Positions 39,662 through 49,021 of a DNA stretch of 64,000 nucleotides are shown in pieces. The stretch's first letter is position 1; every line of letters begins with the position of its first letter. Both the position numbers and the translations under genes were made by a program. Below the pieces are notes generated by a model. The model was not told the origin of the DNA and searched no databases. It was given only the letters and a program-made list of their open reading frames with translations. Location of the stretch: the NCBI GenBank assembly GCA_043821445.1, contig JBDRCT010000033.1, positions 69,391 to 133,390 on the forward strand, read 5' to 3'. Source of the stretch: Candidatus Omnitrophota bacterium. GTDB taxonomy: Bacteria > Omnitrophota > Omnitrophia > Omnitrophales > Aquincolibacteriaceae.

Positions 39662-40669
39662 TCAACAATTCCGCCCAAGGGCATAATCCGCAAGCTGTTC
39701 GAGACTTGTCCTGAAAATAGACGGCGGGAAAACCTCGAGTTCGCGTTTGGCCATGTCCATGAACCCTTTTGCCTTGGCAAGTGCATAATCCAGGGCTCCG
39801 TTTTTTTCAAAGGTCTCCCGAAGCATGGAAAAACGTCTTTTGTGGCTTCGGGAATAAAGAATGCGAACGACTTTGTCCCGCTCTCCCGACGCAAGGCAAT
39901 GGATCACGGGAAGCGTGTAGACCCCTTCTTCCAGGTCCGATCCGAGAGTTTTGCCGAATTTGCTCTCTTCACCTGAAAAATCCAGATAGTCGTCCGTGAT
40001 CTGGAACGCCATTCCGAAAAATTCCCCGAACCGGCCGAGGACCTCTGCTTTCTCAGGTTCAATCCCCCAAATAAGCGCTCCCGTCTGAAGGGCGCACGCA
40101 AGAAACGATGCCGTTTTTTTTCGGATGATCTCGAGATGAATTTTTTCGGTCATGTTGATGTTCTTCTTTTCACTGATCTCCTGAATTTCTCCTTCACAGA
40201 TCTCGCCGGCAGTCCGGAGAAAAAGCGGGATGATCCGGTCATTGCCATAACGAAAGATCGTCACAATGGCGCGATCATGAAAGTAATCCCCCGCGAGAAC
40301 CGCTGCCTGGGATCCTGATTTAATGTGAAGGGCCGAAACCCCTCGTCTTAAGGGCGCAGAATCAATGATGTCGTCATGGATGAGCGTTGCGGCATGGAAG
40401 ATCTCGGCAGCGGCGGCAAGGTGAAGTTCCGCTGTTTCGTTGCGCTCGTGCAAGATCCCATGTCCTGGCCATAGAGATCTGGCCAGGCCGGCTCCCAAAA
40501 AGACGAGGGCGGGGCGCAGGAGCTTCCCGTTCTTTGAAAAAAAATGGTCCACCATTTCTTGCATCTTGAGAATGGGGGTGTTGAGCGTCTCCCGGATAAG
40601 CGATGGGACCCGGCTCATGCCGGCTTGCACCGGCGCATAAATCGTCTCGAGATTCAGTGTGGTAGTCAT
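39662..40669 (-). CDS. ispB: Polyprenyl diphosphate synthase (IspB-like)
   Basis: 335 aa. DDIIDSAPLRRG and DDYLD aspartate-rich motifs. Confidence 0.8.
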   Translation of the reverse strand: MTTTLNLETIYAPVQAGMSRVPSLIRETLNTPILKMQEMVDHFFSKNGKLLRPALVFLGAGLARSLWPGHGILHERNETAELHLAAAAEIFHAATLIHDDIIDSAPLRRGVSALHIKSGSQAAVLAGDYFHDRAIVTIFRYGNDRIIPLFLRTAGEICEGEIQEISEKKNINMTEKIHLEIIRKKTASFLACALQTGALIWGIEPEKAEVLGRFGEFFGMAFQITDDYLDFSGEESKFGKTLGSDLEEGVYTLPVIHCLASGERDKVVRILYSRSHKRRFSMLRETFEKNGALDYALAKAKGFMDMAKRELEVFPPSIFRTSLEQLADYALGRNC

Positions 40670-40695
40670 AAGAGAGCGGTATTATAACCCTTATC

Positions 40696-40771
40696 GTGCA
40701 ACGCGCAAAGGTCAACGCGCAACGAAAAACTCAGAAACATCACGTTGTGCGTTGCGCGTTGTGCGTTGTGC
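40696..40771. repeat. Heptad-repeat hairpin (CGTTGYG units) straddling the rsmA stop codon
   Basis: The right arm is cgttgtg cgttgcg cgttgtg cgttgtg. The left arm is caacgcg caaaggt caacgcg caacg. The rsmA stop (40740-40742) lies in the loop. The right arm encodes the tail DSTTHNAQRTT. Confidence 0.65.
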
Positions 40772-41690
40772 TGTCTTTCTGCTTTTCCAAAGCCTCCGCA
40801 AGAAGGCCGAATTGCTCGAGAGTAAGGGTCTCGCCTCGGATTTTTGAGGAAAAACCGAGTTTTTCGAAAATGCGCTCGAGATCGTCACGCCCATATTGGG
40901 GCCCGAAATAATGCGCCAACAACGATAAAAGAGTTTTGCGCCTCTGACTGAACGCGACGCGGATGATCTCCAAGAGAGATTTTTCGCGCCTCGCTTCAAG
41001 ATCGTCACGATCCCCATGTGGGTCCGTTGGCGCGGACGAATGACCCTGACGGGAAGAAAGGGGAAAATTTGGACGGAACACATACCGCACGACCTGCGAT
41101 GTTACCTCCGGTGGCGGAAGAAAACACTTCGGCGAAACATCGAAAAGGAATTGCGTTTCCCCGTAGAACCGGCTTGTGACGCTCAATCGTCCATAGTCCT
41201 CATCACCCGCTTGCGCGGTAAGCCGCGCGGCCACCTCTTTTTGGAGCATGAGCACGGCACTCGAAAAAACCCTGGCGTGCTCGATCAAATGAAAAAGAAT
41301 GGGCGTGCTGATGTAGTAAGGAAGATTCCCGATCACTTTCGCCCTGGCGCCGGAACCGGCCCATTCCCGGATCATTTTTGTAGGATCACTTTTTAGAATA
41401 TCGCCCCGGATCAATTTGAAATGATCGGAATGCTCCGGCCAAAGTTCTCGCGTCAAGATCTCGACGAACTTCTTGTCTGTTTCTACCGCAAGCAAAGAGA
41501 ACCCGCGCCGCAGGACCTCTTGCGTGACTGCTCCCAATCCAGGTCCGATTTCAAAAACGTATTCGCCGGGTTGAAGATCCAGGGCGTCCACGATTTTGCG
41601 GATCGTATTCGGGTCCATCAAGAGATGTTGACCCAAATGGCCACGGATCCGAAGTGCATATTTTTTAAGTAGTTCTATCTGCGTGAGCAT
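40740..41690 (-). CDS. rsmA: 16S rRNA (adenine1518/1519-N6)-dimethyltransferase
   Basis: 316 aa. GQHLLMDPN...EIGPGLGAVT...NLPYYISTPIL. The C-terminal 12 aa are repeat-encoded. Confidence 0.9.
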   Translation of the reverse strand: MLTQIELLKKYALRIRGHLGQHLLMDPNTIRKIVDALDLQPGEYVFEIGPGLGAVTQEVLRRGFSLLAVETDKKFVEILTRELWPEHSDHFKLIRGDILKSDPTKMIREWAGSGARAKVIGNLPYYISTPILFHLIEHARVFSSAVLMLQKEVAARLTAQAGDEDYGRLSVTSRFYGETQFLFDVSPKCFLPPPEVTSQVVRYVFRPNFPLSSRQGHSSAPTDPHGDRDDLEARREKSLLEIIRVAFSQRRKTLLSLLAHYFGPQYGRDDLERIFEKLGFSSKIRGETLTLEQFGLLAEALEKQKDSTTHNAQRTT

Positions 41691-42694
41691 TTCGCAAGCA
41701 CGGCTTTTTCGGCAAGACGGAGCGCCGCAAGCATAGAGGAAGGATCGGCCTTGCCCTGATAGGCAATATCAAAGGCCGTGCCGTGATCCGGAGAGGTGCG
41801 GACGTAAGGAAGCCCGAGTGTGACGTTCACGCCATCGTGGAACGCGATCAGCTTGAACGCCGTAAGCGCCTGATCGTGGTACATGCCGATCACCGCATCA
41901 TACCGGCCATGATACGCGGCATGAAAAAGGAGATCGGCCGAAAAGGGCCCTGAGGCGCCCATGCCTTTGCGGCATGCCGCGCGGACTGCCGGCTCGATCA
42001 CTTTCGTCTCTTCCTCTCCGAATTCCTTGCCATGCGGATTGAGGGCGCAAACCGCAATCCTGGGTTTTTTGATGCCTTGCCCTTCTTTAAGCATTTCATT
42101 CGTCAGACGGATCTTTTCAAGGATGGACTTCTTCGTGAGCAGTCCGCTTACTTTCTTAAGCGGCACGTGAATGGTCGCAAGCGTCGCATTGAGGCGAGGG
42201 CTCATGAACATCATGGCAAATCGCCGGATCCTAGCTTTCCCGGCAAGAAATTCCGTGTGGCCGATGAATTTTTTATCCACAAGGCGAATCGCTGTCTTGT
42301 TCACTGGCGCAGTCACGATGGCATCGATGATCCCTTGTTTTGCTAAAGACGCCGCTTTTTCGATCGCCAAGAGCGCAAGTCGTCCGTTTTCGCGACAGAG
42401 CTTCCCTATTTGAAACTTTTCACCACCCGAAGGTCCCGATGAAATATCGAGAAAATAGATATGCCCGGCGCGAAGAGATTTTGGAAGAATGGAATGCGCG
42501 GTTTGAAACGGAAGCCAAAGACCTGTTTTTTGACACAGCGTTTTAAACACTTGCCGGGATCCTATCAGGAGATAGGCCAGGCGCTTGGAGGGTTTTTCCT
42601 TTTGGAGGGCCTTCACGAGAATTTCGGGGCCAATGCCGCCCGGATCGCCCATGGTGATTGCGATTACACATGGCTTTTGCTCATTTTTTTTCAT
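41675..42694 (-). CDS. pdxA: 4-hydroxythreonine-4-phosphate dehydrogenase
   Basis: CVIAITMGDPGGIGPE...HGTAFDIA. The surA-pdxA-rsmA order matches E. coli. The likely start is MKKNEQ. Confidence 0.85.
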   Translation of the reverse strand: MKKNEQKPCVIAITMGDPGGIGPEILVKALQKEKPSKRLAYLLIGSRQVFKTLCQKTGLWLPFQTAHSILPKSLRAGHIYFLDISSGPSGGEKFQIGKLCRENGRLALLAIEKAASLAKQGIIDAIVTAPVNKTAIRLVDKKFIGHTEFLAGKARIRRFAMMFMSPRLNATLATIHVPLKKVSGLLTKKSILEKIRLTNEMLKEGQGIKKPRIAVCALNPHGKEFGEEETKVIEPAVRAACRKGMGASGPFSADLLFHAAYHGRYDAVIGMYHDQALTAFKLIAFHDGVNVTLGLPYVRTSPDHGTAFDIAYQGKADPSSMLAALRLAEKAVLAKCSRR

Positions 42695-42730
42695 AACCGA
42701 TACCTCTTTACCTATATCACCAAGACCTAA

Positions 42731-42833
42731 GACCACAGACAACAGACCACGGTAAAAAAACTACCCCTTACCTTAGCCCTCTCCGCACGGGAGAGGATTG
42801 GGTGAGGGAGTCTTCAGTCTGTAGTCTGACGTC
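42731..42833. repeat. GTCTG/CAGAC heptad-repeat arms 3' of surA
   Basis: gaccacagacaacagaccacgg ... an internal GC hairpin (cctctcc/ggagagg) ... gtcttcagtctgtagtctgacgtc. The two arms are mutually complementary at about 70% and have 7-nt periodicity. Confidence 0.55.
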
Positions 42834-43804
42834 TATTTTATGGAAATATAGGCCGCCTTTTTGACTTCTTCCATCCAGTCGCGGAACCTCACGTTGCTTT
42901 TTTCCTGAAAGAGATATCCTGCGATTTGATCTTTCGCTTCTTCAAAAGTCCGGATCTTTTCAGGCTCTTTCGCTTCGACGCGAAAGATATGGTACCCGAT
43001 GGGAGTTTCTACAACCCCGGTAATCTTTCCCACGGGAGTTTTAAAGATCGCCTCATCCACGGATTCGATCATGGCGCCGCGCTCGATCCATTCTCCTGGA
43101 CCTTCCTCTTTGGCATGGCTGTCCTCGGAAAAATCCTTTACGGCTTGGTCAAAATTACGGTTGAGTCGGATCCTTTGGGCCAAAAGCTCGATCCGCTGCT
43201 TTGCTGCTTCATCCGTCAAGCCTTTCGTGCGGGCTTCTTCACTTTTCTTGATCGTGAGCGACTTGACCTGGACACGTTCCTTGCTCTTGAACTTGTCGGG
43301 ATTGTTCCTGAAAAAATCTTCTATCTCGGCAGGAGATACGATCACCTTGGAACGAATCTCACGGTCCTGGAGCTGACGGACCATCGCCTGCTTCTTGAGC
43401 CGCTCGCGCAGGGCTTTCATCGTAAGACCCTCCCGTTCAAGCATCTCTTCCAACTCCCCCGGTTTTTCCATCTTAGCCTTAAACTCCTGGAACTCTTTCT
43501 CCACGTCTTCATCCTTGATCTCGATCCCCATCAAGACCGCCTCTTGGTACACAAGCTTGTCCTCGATCATCTGGCTCAGGATCTTTTGGCGAACCTCGTC
43601 GATCGCTTTCACCAATTCCGCGCCGCTGTATTCCTTGCTGTATTGTTCATAGATCGGCCGGAGGAAAGTGTCCAGTTCGGCTTGGGTGATGACCTCGTCA
43701 TTGACCACAGCCACCACGCGGTCCAGTAGTTCCTGCTCCACGGCGTGGGCAAAAGGAATGCCTAGAACGAGAAATATTATGGGGATCAAAAAAAGACGTT
43801 TCAT
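42833..43804 (-). CDS. surA: Periplasmic chaperone / peptidyl-prolyl isomerase SurA
   Basis: 323 aa. A signal peptide, a SurA N-domain, and one parvulin PPIase domain (GEWIERGAMIESVDEAIFKTPVGKITGVVETPIGYHIFRVE). Confidence 0.8.
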   Translation of the reverse strand: MKRLFLIPIIFLVLGIPFAHAVEQELLDRVVAVVNDEVITQAELDTFLRPIYEQYSKEYSGAELVKAIDEVRQKILSQMIEDKLVYQEAVLMGIEIKDEDVEKEFQEFKAKMEKPGELEEMLEREGLTMKALRERLKKQAMVRQLQDREIRSKVIVSPAEIEDFFRNNPDKFKSKERVQVKSLTIKKSEEARTKGLTDEAAKQRIELLAQRIRLNRNFDQAVKDFSEDSHAKEEGPGEWIERGAMIESVDEAIFKTPVGKITGVVETPIGYHIFRVEAKEPEKIRTFEEAKDQIAGYLFQEKSNVRFRDWMEEVKKAAYISIK

Positions 43805-43826
43805 GGAGGGGTATTATACAACAATT

Positions 43827-43906
43827 CAGACTTGAGACTACAGACTTCAGACCATAAAAAACCGCTCGTTTTGGTCTATCGTCTGTTGTCTGCGGTCTGT
43901 GGTCTG
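43827..43906. repeat. GTCTG heptad-repeat hairpin spanning the mfd stop codon, 5' of surA
   Basis: cagacttgagactacagacttcagacc -loop- ggtctat cgtctgt tgtctgc ggtctgt ggtctg (5 x 7 nt). The second arm encodes the Mfd tail QTTDRRQQTIDQ. Confidence 0.6.
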
Positions 43907-45787
43907 TTTTTGCTCTGCCACGGCTTTTTTGAGCATACGGCAATAAAGATCAAAACCCACAGCCTGAATGAACCCGCTTTGTTCATGTCCAAGCAGATTC
44001 CCGGCGCCGCGGATCTCAAGATCTTCCATCGCGATCTTGAAACCCGACCCGAGTTGGGTGAATTTTTCGATGGCGTGAAGCCTTTTTTGAGCGTCCTGTG
44101 TCATGACCCAATTTTTCGGGATCAGAAAATAAGCATAGGCTTGCCGCTTTTCTTTGAAACGCCCTACACGCCCTCGCAGTTGATAAAGATCCGCAAGCCC
44201 GAAGCAATCGGCCCGGTCCACAAGAAGCGTATTGACGTTCGGAATATCGATCCCGGATTCCACGATACAGGTCGAAATAAGGCAATCGATCTCGCCCCTC
44301 AGGAATTTTTTCATGACGGTTTCAAGCCTGTCGACCGGCATCTGCCCGTGCATGACCCCGAACCGGACGCCGGGCAGAATTTCTTGCATCCGCTTATAGA
44401 CCCGTTCGATCGATTGCACACGGTTGTGCACAAAATAGACCTGCCCTTTGCGCGCAAGTTCCCGCTCGATCGCCTGCTTGATAATGGTTTCATGATATTC
44501 CATGACAAAGGTCTCGATCGGTATCCGGTTTTGAGGCGGCGTATCGATGACCGACATATTGCGCACGCCGAGGAGCGCCATATGGAGCGTTCTCGGGATG
44601 GGCGTGGCCGTAAGCGTCAGGACGTCCACTTGCGTACGCATTTGTTTCAGCTTTTCCTTGTGCCGCACCCCGAAGCGCTGTTCCTCGTCGATCATGACGA
44701 GCCCGAGATCTTTGAACCGGATATCCTTGGAAAGCAGGCGGTGGGTGCCGATCACAACGTCCGTTGCGCCTTCCTGGAGGGACCTGACGATCACCTTTTG
44801 TTCTTTCGGGGATTGAAATCGGGAGAGAAGCTCGACTGTGACCGGAAAATTTTTCGCGCGCTCCTTTAGTAAAACATAATGCTGTTCGGCAAGGATCGTG
44901 GTCGGCACCAAAAACGCCACTTGTTTGCCTCCCATGACCGCTTTGAATGCCGCACGCATCGCGACCTCGGTCTTCCCGTAGCCCACGTCCCCGCAAAGCA
45001 GGCGGTCCATCGGTCCCGTGGATTCCATATCCCGTTTTACTTCTTCGATCGCGCGCTTCTGTCCGGGCGTTTCTTCAAAAGGAAATTCTTTTTCGAATTC
45101 TTTCTGCCATGGCGTGTCCTTCGGGAAGGCCAGCCCTTGCGAAAGACTGCGCTTGGCCTGGATCTCAAGAAGGTCTTTGGCGACCTTGTGGAGCGCCGTC
45201 CGTGTCCGGTGCTTGATCCGCTCCCATTCCTGAGTGTTGAGCCGGGTCAGTTTCGGCCCGACGCCGGAGCCGCCGATGTAACGCTCCACGGGTTCTTCAA
45301 TGGAAAGGTAAAGGATCTCACGCTCGGCGTATTCGATCGCCATACAGCGGGTGCGGACCCCCTGCATTTGAATGACCTTGGTGCCGAGAAAACGACCGAT
45401 GCCGTACTTGAGGTGCACCACGAGGTCCCCGCGCTCAAGGTCTTTGGTGCCGGCCACGGGCTCGAAGGTCTCGAGCCGCTCCTCCATGCGCCGGAGTTTT
45501 TTCCGGAACATGTCGGAGACCTGAATGAGGAACACCTCTTCAAAGGTCGCCGTGCTTTCGCCCGTGGCGAGCGAGAAATCGCGGATCTGGACGGGCGTAT
45601 CGCCTTGAAATTGAATGCGGACAGGAAGCCGGTAGGTCACGGGATAGATGTCCACCATCCCGCCGCGTACGGCGAATTCCCCCGGCAGAGCGACATATTC
45701 CCGCTTCTGGTATTGGAGCCCCGTAAGAAGCTCCTCAAGCTGCCCGATCCCGATCTCCGCGTTGATCCTAAGCCGTCGGATTTCCAC
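43847..45787 (-). CDS. mfd: Compact Mfd-like transcription-repair coupling factor / RNAP-displacing translocase
   Basis: 646 aa with a GTG start. It runs D1b-like (GEFAVRGGMVDIYP...VRIQF), then the RNAP-interaction domain (GDLVVHLKYGIGRFLG), then the SF2 translocase (GDVGYGKTEVAMRAAF...DEEQRFGV...TATPIPRTL...LRGRVGR). No room remains upstream for the UvrB-homology D1a/D2 domains. Confidence 0.8.
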   Translation of the reverse strand: MEIRRLRINAEIGIGQLEELLTGLQYQKREYVALPGEFAVRGGMVDIYPVTYRLPVRIQFQGDTPVQIRDFSLATGESTATFEEVFLIQVSDMFRKKLRRMEERLETFEPVAGTKDLERGDLVVHLKYGIGRFLGTKVIQMQGVRTRCMAIEYAEREILYLSIEEPVERYIGGSGVGPKLTRLNTQEWERIKHRTRTALHKVAKDLLEIQAKRSLSQGLAFPKDTPWQKEFEKEFPFEETPGQKRAIEEVKRDMESTGPMDRLLCGDVGYGKTEVAMRAAFKAVMGGKQVAFLVPTTILAEQHYVLLKERAKNFPVTVELLSRFQSPKEQKVIVRSLQEGATDVVIGTHRLLSKDIRFKDLGLVMIDEEQRFGVRHKEKLKQMRTQVDVLTLTATPIPRTLHMALLGVRNMSVIDTPPQNRIPIETFVMEYHETIIKQAIERELARKGQVYFVHNRVQSIERVYKRMQEILPGVRFGVMHGQMPVDRLETVMKKFLRGEIDCLISTCIVESGIDIPNVNTLLVDRADCFGLADLYQLRGRVGRFKEKRQAYAYFLIPKNWVMTQDAQKRLHAIEKFTQLGSGFKIAMEDLEIRGAGNLLGHEQSGFIQAVGFDLYCRMLKKAVAEQKQTTDRRQQTIDQNERFFMV

Positions 45788-45895
45788 CCCGTTAGATCTC
45801 CTGATTATGTAAATCTTTAAATTTAAAAGGAAATTCCATGGACCTTTCTTCCCCGAAAGTCCCCAGCATTGTTTTGGTTAAGAGATCTAACGGGG
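45788..45895. repeat. E2: segment bounded by CCCGTTAGATCTC / GAGATCTAACGGGG
   Basis: 13-14-nt inverted termini enclose 81 nt. The left end abuts the mfd GTG start. Confidence 0.65.
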
Positions 45896-45989
45896 TCCAT
45901 AGGGAGGGTATTTTAACACAAAGTGGGCCTATTCATTTTTCAAGAAAAGCGGCTTTCCCGGACGGGAACTACTTAAAAATAGAGGCGTC

Positions 45990-46042
45990 CTGGATTCAAA
46001 TATAAAAATAATTGAAATCCAGGACAGCACTGATCTTCAATG
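45990..46042 (-). terminator. Putative aspC terminator
   Basis: A 10-bp stem (gtcctggatt / aatccaggac) with a 19-nt AT-rich loop, followed on the minus strand by gccucuAUUUUUaag. The stem type is shared with repeat R-C. Confidence 0.4.
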
Positions 46043-46098
46043 AATTTTTATAGAGGATCAGGCGATGCACTTGACGGAGGGTTGCTTTCTCTTATTTT

Positions 46099-47262
46099 TT
46101 ATTTGAAGATAGAGGAAATTCGTGTTACCGCGGCTTCGATGTCTTTTTCTGAGGTGGCGTAACTCATGCGGATATGACGAGGACTGCCGAATGGCTCGCA
46201 GGGAATGACCGCGACATGGACTTCATCGAGGAGTTTCTTCGCGACTTCAAAGCCGCTCAGGCCCGTTCCCTGAATGTCCACGAAAAGATAGAAAGCTCCG
46301 TTCGATCTGAACGGTTTAAAGGATTTCACGGCCTTCAGTTTCTCGATGAAAAGATCGCGGCGTTTCTGGAACACTTCGCACATCTTTTGGGCTTCCGCAT
46401 CCCCTTGATCCAGGGCGACCACTGCACCGGGCTGCGTGAAAGAAACCGGATTCGACGTCGAGTGGCTCTGAATGCTCTCCACGGCCTTGGCGAGGGTCTT
46501 ATCCGGAAACGCGGCATATCCCAAACGCCAACCGGTCATTGCATAGGCTTTGCTGTGCCCGTTCACGATCACCGTGCGCTTGGCGATCTCGGGATCCAAA
46601 GATGCGATCGAAACGTGTTTGCGGCCGTCAAAAACAAGTTTTTCATAGATCTCGTCGCTTAACACGGTCACGTTCGGGAACTTCTTAAGCGCCGCACAAA
46701 GCGCCGAGAGTTCTTCCCGGGAATAAACGGCCCCGGTGGGATTCGACGGCGAATTCAGAATGAGGATCTTGGAACGCGGCGTGAGCGCTTTTGCGAGCAC
46801 TTCGGGTGTGATCTTGAAATCCGTTTTTTCCGTCGACGGGAGAAAAACACTCGCACCGCCGAGGACGGTCACCATTTCGGGATAACTCAACCAATAGGGC
46901 ACGGGAATAAGCACTTCATCGCCCGGGTTCAAAAGGGCAAAAAGCACATTAAAGATCACATGCTTGGCACCACAACCGACCACGATCTGATCGGGAGTAA
47001 AATCAAGGCCCTGATCACGCTTCAGTTTGCGGCAAATGGCCTGGCGAAGTTCGACGGTTCCTGGAACGGGGGTATATTTGGTATTCCCTTTGTTGAGGGA
47101 TTCGATACAGGCGTTTTTGATAAAGGCCGGTGTATCAAAATCTGGTTCGCCGGCGCTCAAGGAGATCACATCGATCCCCTGCGCTTTCATCGCCTTCGCC
47201 TTGGCGGCTATTTCAAGTGTCACTGAGGGTTTTACCGCGAGAACTCTGCTTGAAAGTTCCAT
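46099..47262 (-). CDS. aspC: Aspartate/aromatic aminotransferase (PLP-dependent, class I)
   Basis: 387 aa. NSPSNPTG...SKAYAMTGWRLGY PLP-lysine motif. Confidence 0.85.
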   Translation of the reverse strand: MELSSRVLAVKPSVTLEIAAKAKAMKAQGIDVISLSAGEPDFDTPAFIKNACIESLNKGNTKYTPVPGTVELRQAICRKLKRDQGLDFTPDQIVVGCGAKHVIFNVLFALLNPGDEVLIPVPYWLSYPEMVTVLGGASVFLPSTEKTDFKITPEVLAKALTPRSKILILNSPSNPTGAVYSREELSALCAALKKFPNVTVLSDEIYEKLVFDGRKHVSIASLDPEIAKRTVIVNGHSKAYAMTGWRLGYAAFPDKTLAKAVESIQSHSTSNPVSFTQPGAVVALDQGDAEAQKMCEVFQKRRDLFIEKLKAVKSFKPFRSNGAFYLFVDIQGTGLSGFEVAKKLLDEVHVAVIPCEPFGSPRHIRMSYATSEKDIEAAVTRISSIFK

Positions 47263-47267
47263 GCTTG

Positions 47268-47394
47268 CCCCGTTAGAGATAGGGAACGCTTTAAAAGCGT
47301 TCCCGTTTGTTGTTTTGAAATCCTACATCAAACCTTTTATCCTGCTTCCCGAAAAAGACCCGCAAAAATATTTCCTCGCTGATCTCTAACGGGG
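47268..47394. repeat. E3: segment bounded by CCCCGTTAGAGAT / ATCTCTAACGGGG
   Basis: 13-nt perfect inverted termini enclose 101 nt. The interior holds a perfect plus-strand hairpin, GGGAACGC-TTTAAA-GCGTTCCC, followed by GTTTGTTGTTTTG. It lies between the rplQ stop and the aspC ATG, with 5 nt to the ATG. Confidence 0.7.
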
Positions 47395-47946
47395 TTAATA
47401 TTCGTCGCCTTTGAAGAATTTCCGGAGCTTCCCAAGAAAACCGCCCTTTTTCTCCGAGTCCTTCTTCTCTGCCTGTTTCGTGACTTCAGACTCTTTTTTC
47501 GTATCTGCGGCCTTAGGAGACTCCTTGGCCGGCGCCTTCTCAGCGGGTTTTGCTACTTTCTTTTTCTTGGCTTTTTTGGCAGGAGCTTCAAAAACCGCGG
47601 TCCATTCCAAAAGAGCCATTTGAGCGCCATCTCCGGCACGATATCCCAGCCGAAGCACGCGGGTATAGCCACCCTCGCGATCCTTAAAAAGCGGAGCGAT
47701 CTGGGTCATCAAAATACGCGCGATCTCCGGGTCCCGGACCTTGGAGATCAAAAGCCGGCGAGCATGAAGCCCCTCGCGCTTCGCGATCGTGACCATCTTA
47801 TCCGCGAACGCGCTGGTCTCTTTGGCTTTGGCATGCGTTGTTTCGATCCGTTTTTTTAAGACGAGCGCCCGCACGAGATTCCTGAGCTTCGCCGTGCGGT
47901 GAGCGGTGACAACCCCTAATGTCCTTCTGCGACGTTGATGGCGCAT
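47395..47946 (-). CDS. rplQ: 50S ribosomal protein L17, with a Lys/Ala-rich C-terminal extension
   Basis: 183 aa. The L17 core (HRTAKLRNLVRAL) plus a charged tail of about 60 aa. Confidence 0.9.
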   Translation of the reverse strand: MRHQRRRRTLGVVTAHRTAKLRNLVRALVLKKRIETTHAKAKETSAFADKMVTIAKREGLHARRLLISKVRDPEIARILMTQIAPLFKDREGGYTRVLRLGYRAGDGAQMALLEWTAVFEAPAKKAKKKKVAKPAEKAPAKESPKAADTKKESEVTKQAEKKDSEKKGGFLGKLRKFFKGDEY

Positions 47947-47955
47947 GATAGATCC

Positions 47956-48963
47956 TTATGATTCTTTCAGGGCTGCATGCGACGCGCCCCTGTTCAACGA
48001 AGGGTCCTCGATGTTCATTCCGAGATGAAGGTTCATCCCGACCAAGATCGCATTAATCTCGTTAAGGGATTTTTTTCCGAAGTTTTTGTATTTGAGCATC
48101 TGTCCTTCCGTCTTTTGAATAAGCTCCCCGATCGTTTTGATATTGGCGGCCTCGAGGCAGTTGGCACTGCGAACAGAAAGCTCCAACTCGCTGATCGGTT
48201 TGTGGATCATATCCAAAAATTCTTTGTCTTCAACTTCTTCTTCTTCCTCTTCCTCCGGTAATTCGCCGTAGTTGACGAAGACATCGAGATGCCGTTGGAG
48301 AATGTTCGACGCATAAAGAAGCGCTTCTTCCGGGCCCATAGCACCGTTCGTCCACACTTCCAGGACCAGACGGTCATAATCGGTCACTTGTCCTACGCGG
48401 GTGTCTTCCACATAGAAATTCACCTTGGTCACGGGAGAAAAGCACGAATCGACCGTCACCACACCAATGGAGGAATCTTCCTGCTTGTTTTTCTCGGCAG
48501 GAACATAACCACGGCCACGGCCCACTTCCATCTCCATCTTGAAGTTGTGGGATTTGCTCAGGGTGCAAAGCACGAGTTCGGGATTCACGATCTCAACCGT
48601 CTCATCCGCTTGAATATCGCCGGCCTTGACCGGGCCTTGTTTCTTGATGTCGATATAGATCTTCTTCGGACCTTTGCCATGATAACGGAGCACGATCTTC
48701 TTGACGTTCATCACGATCTGAGCGCCGTCCTCAACCACGCCTTCGACCGCTGAGAATTCATGCAACATCCCGTCGATCTTGATGCTGGTCACCGCAGCGC
48801 CATCGATCGAGGAGATGAGTACGCGCCTGAGCGCATTTCCGATCGTGGTGCCATAACCCCGTTCGAACGGTTCGGCAATGAACTTGCCATAATTGGGCGT
48901 CAGCGATCCTTGTTCTGCTTCGAGGCGCTTCGGCATTTCAAACGTTTTCCAACGAATACCCAT
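47956..48963 (-). CDS. rpoA: DNA-directed RNA polymerase subunit alpha
   Basis: 335 aa. Canonical NTD and CTD (ELSVRSANCL). Confidence 0.95.
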   Translation of the reverse strand: MGIRWKTFEMPKRLEAEQGSLTPNYGKFIAEPFERGYGTTIGNALRRVLISSIDGAAVTSIKIDGMLHEFSAVEGVVEDGAQIVMNVKKIVLRYHGKGPKKIYIDIKKQGPVKAGDIQADETVEIVNPELVLCTLSKSHNFKMEMEVGRGRGYVPAEKNKQEDSSIGVVTVDSCFSPVTKVNFYVEDTRVGQVTDYDRLVLEVWTNGAMGPEEALLYASNILQRHLDVFVNYGELPEEEEEEEVEDKEFLDMIHKPISELELSVRSANCLEAANIKTIGELIQKTEGQMLKYKNFGKKSLNEINAILVGMNLHLGMNIEDPSLNRGASHAALKES

Positions 48964-49021
48964 GGTGTTTCCTCCTTATGCGATCCGATATAAAAAACTT
49001 TTCAAGAAAAGAATCTGTTCC

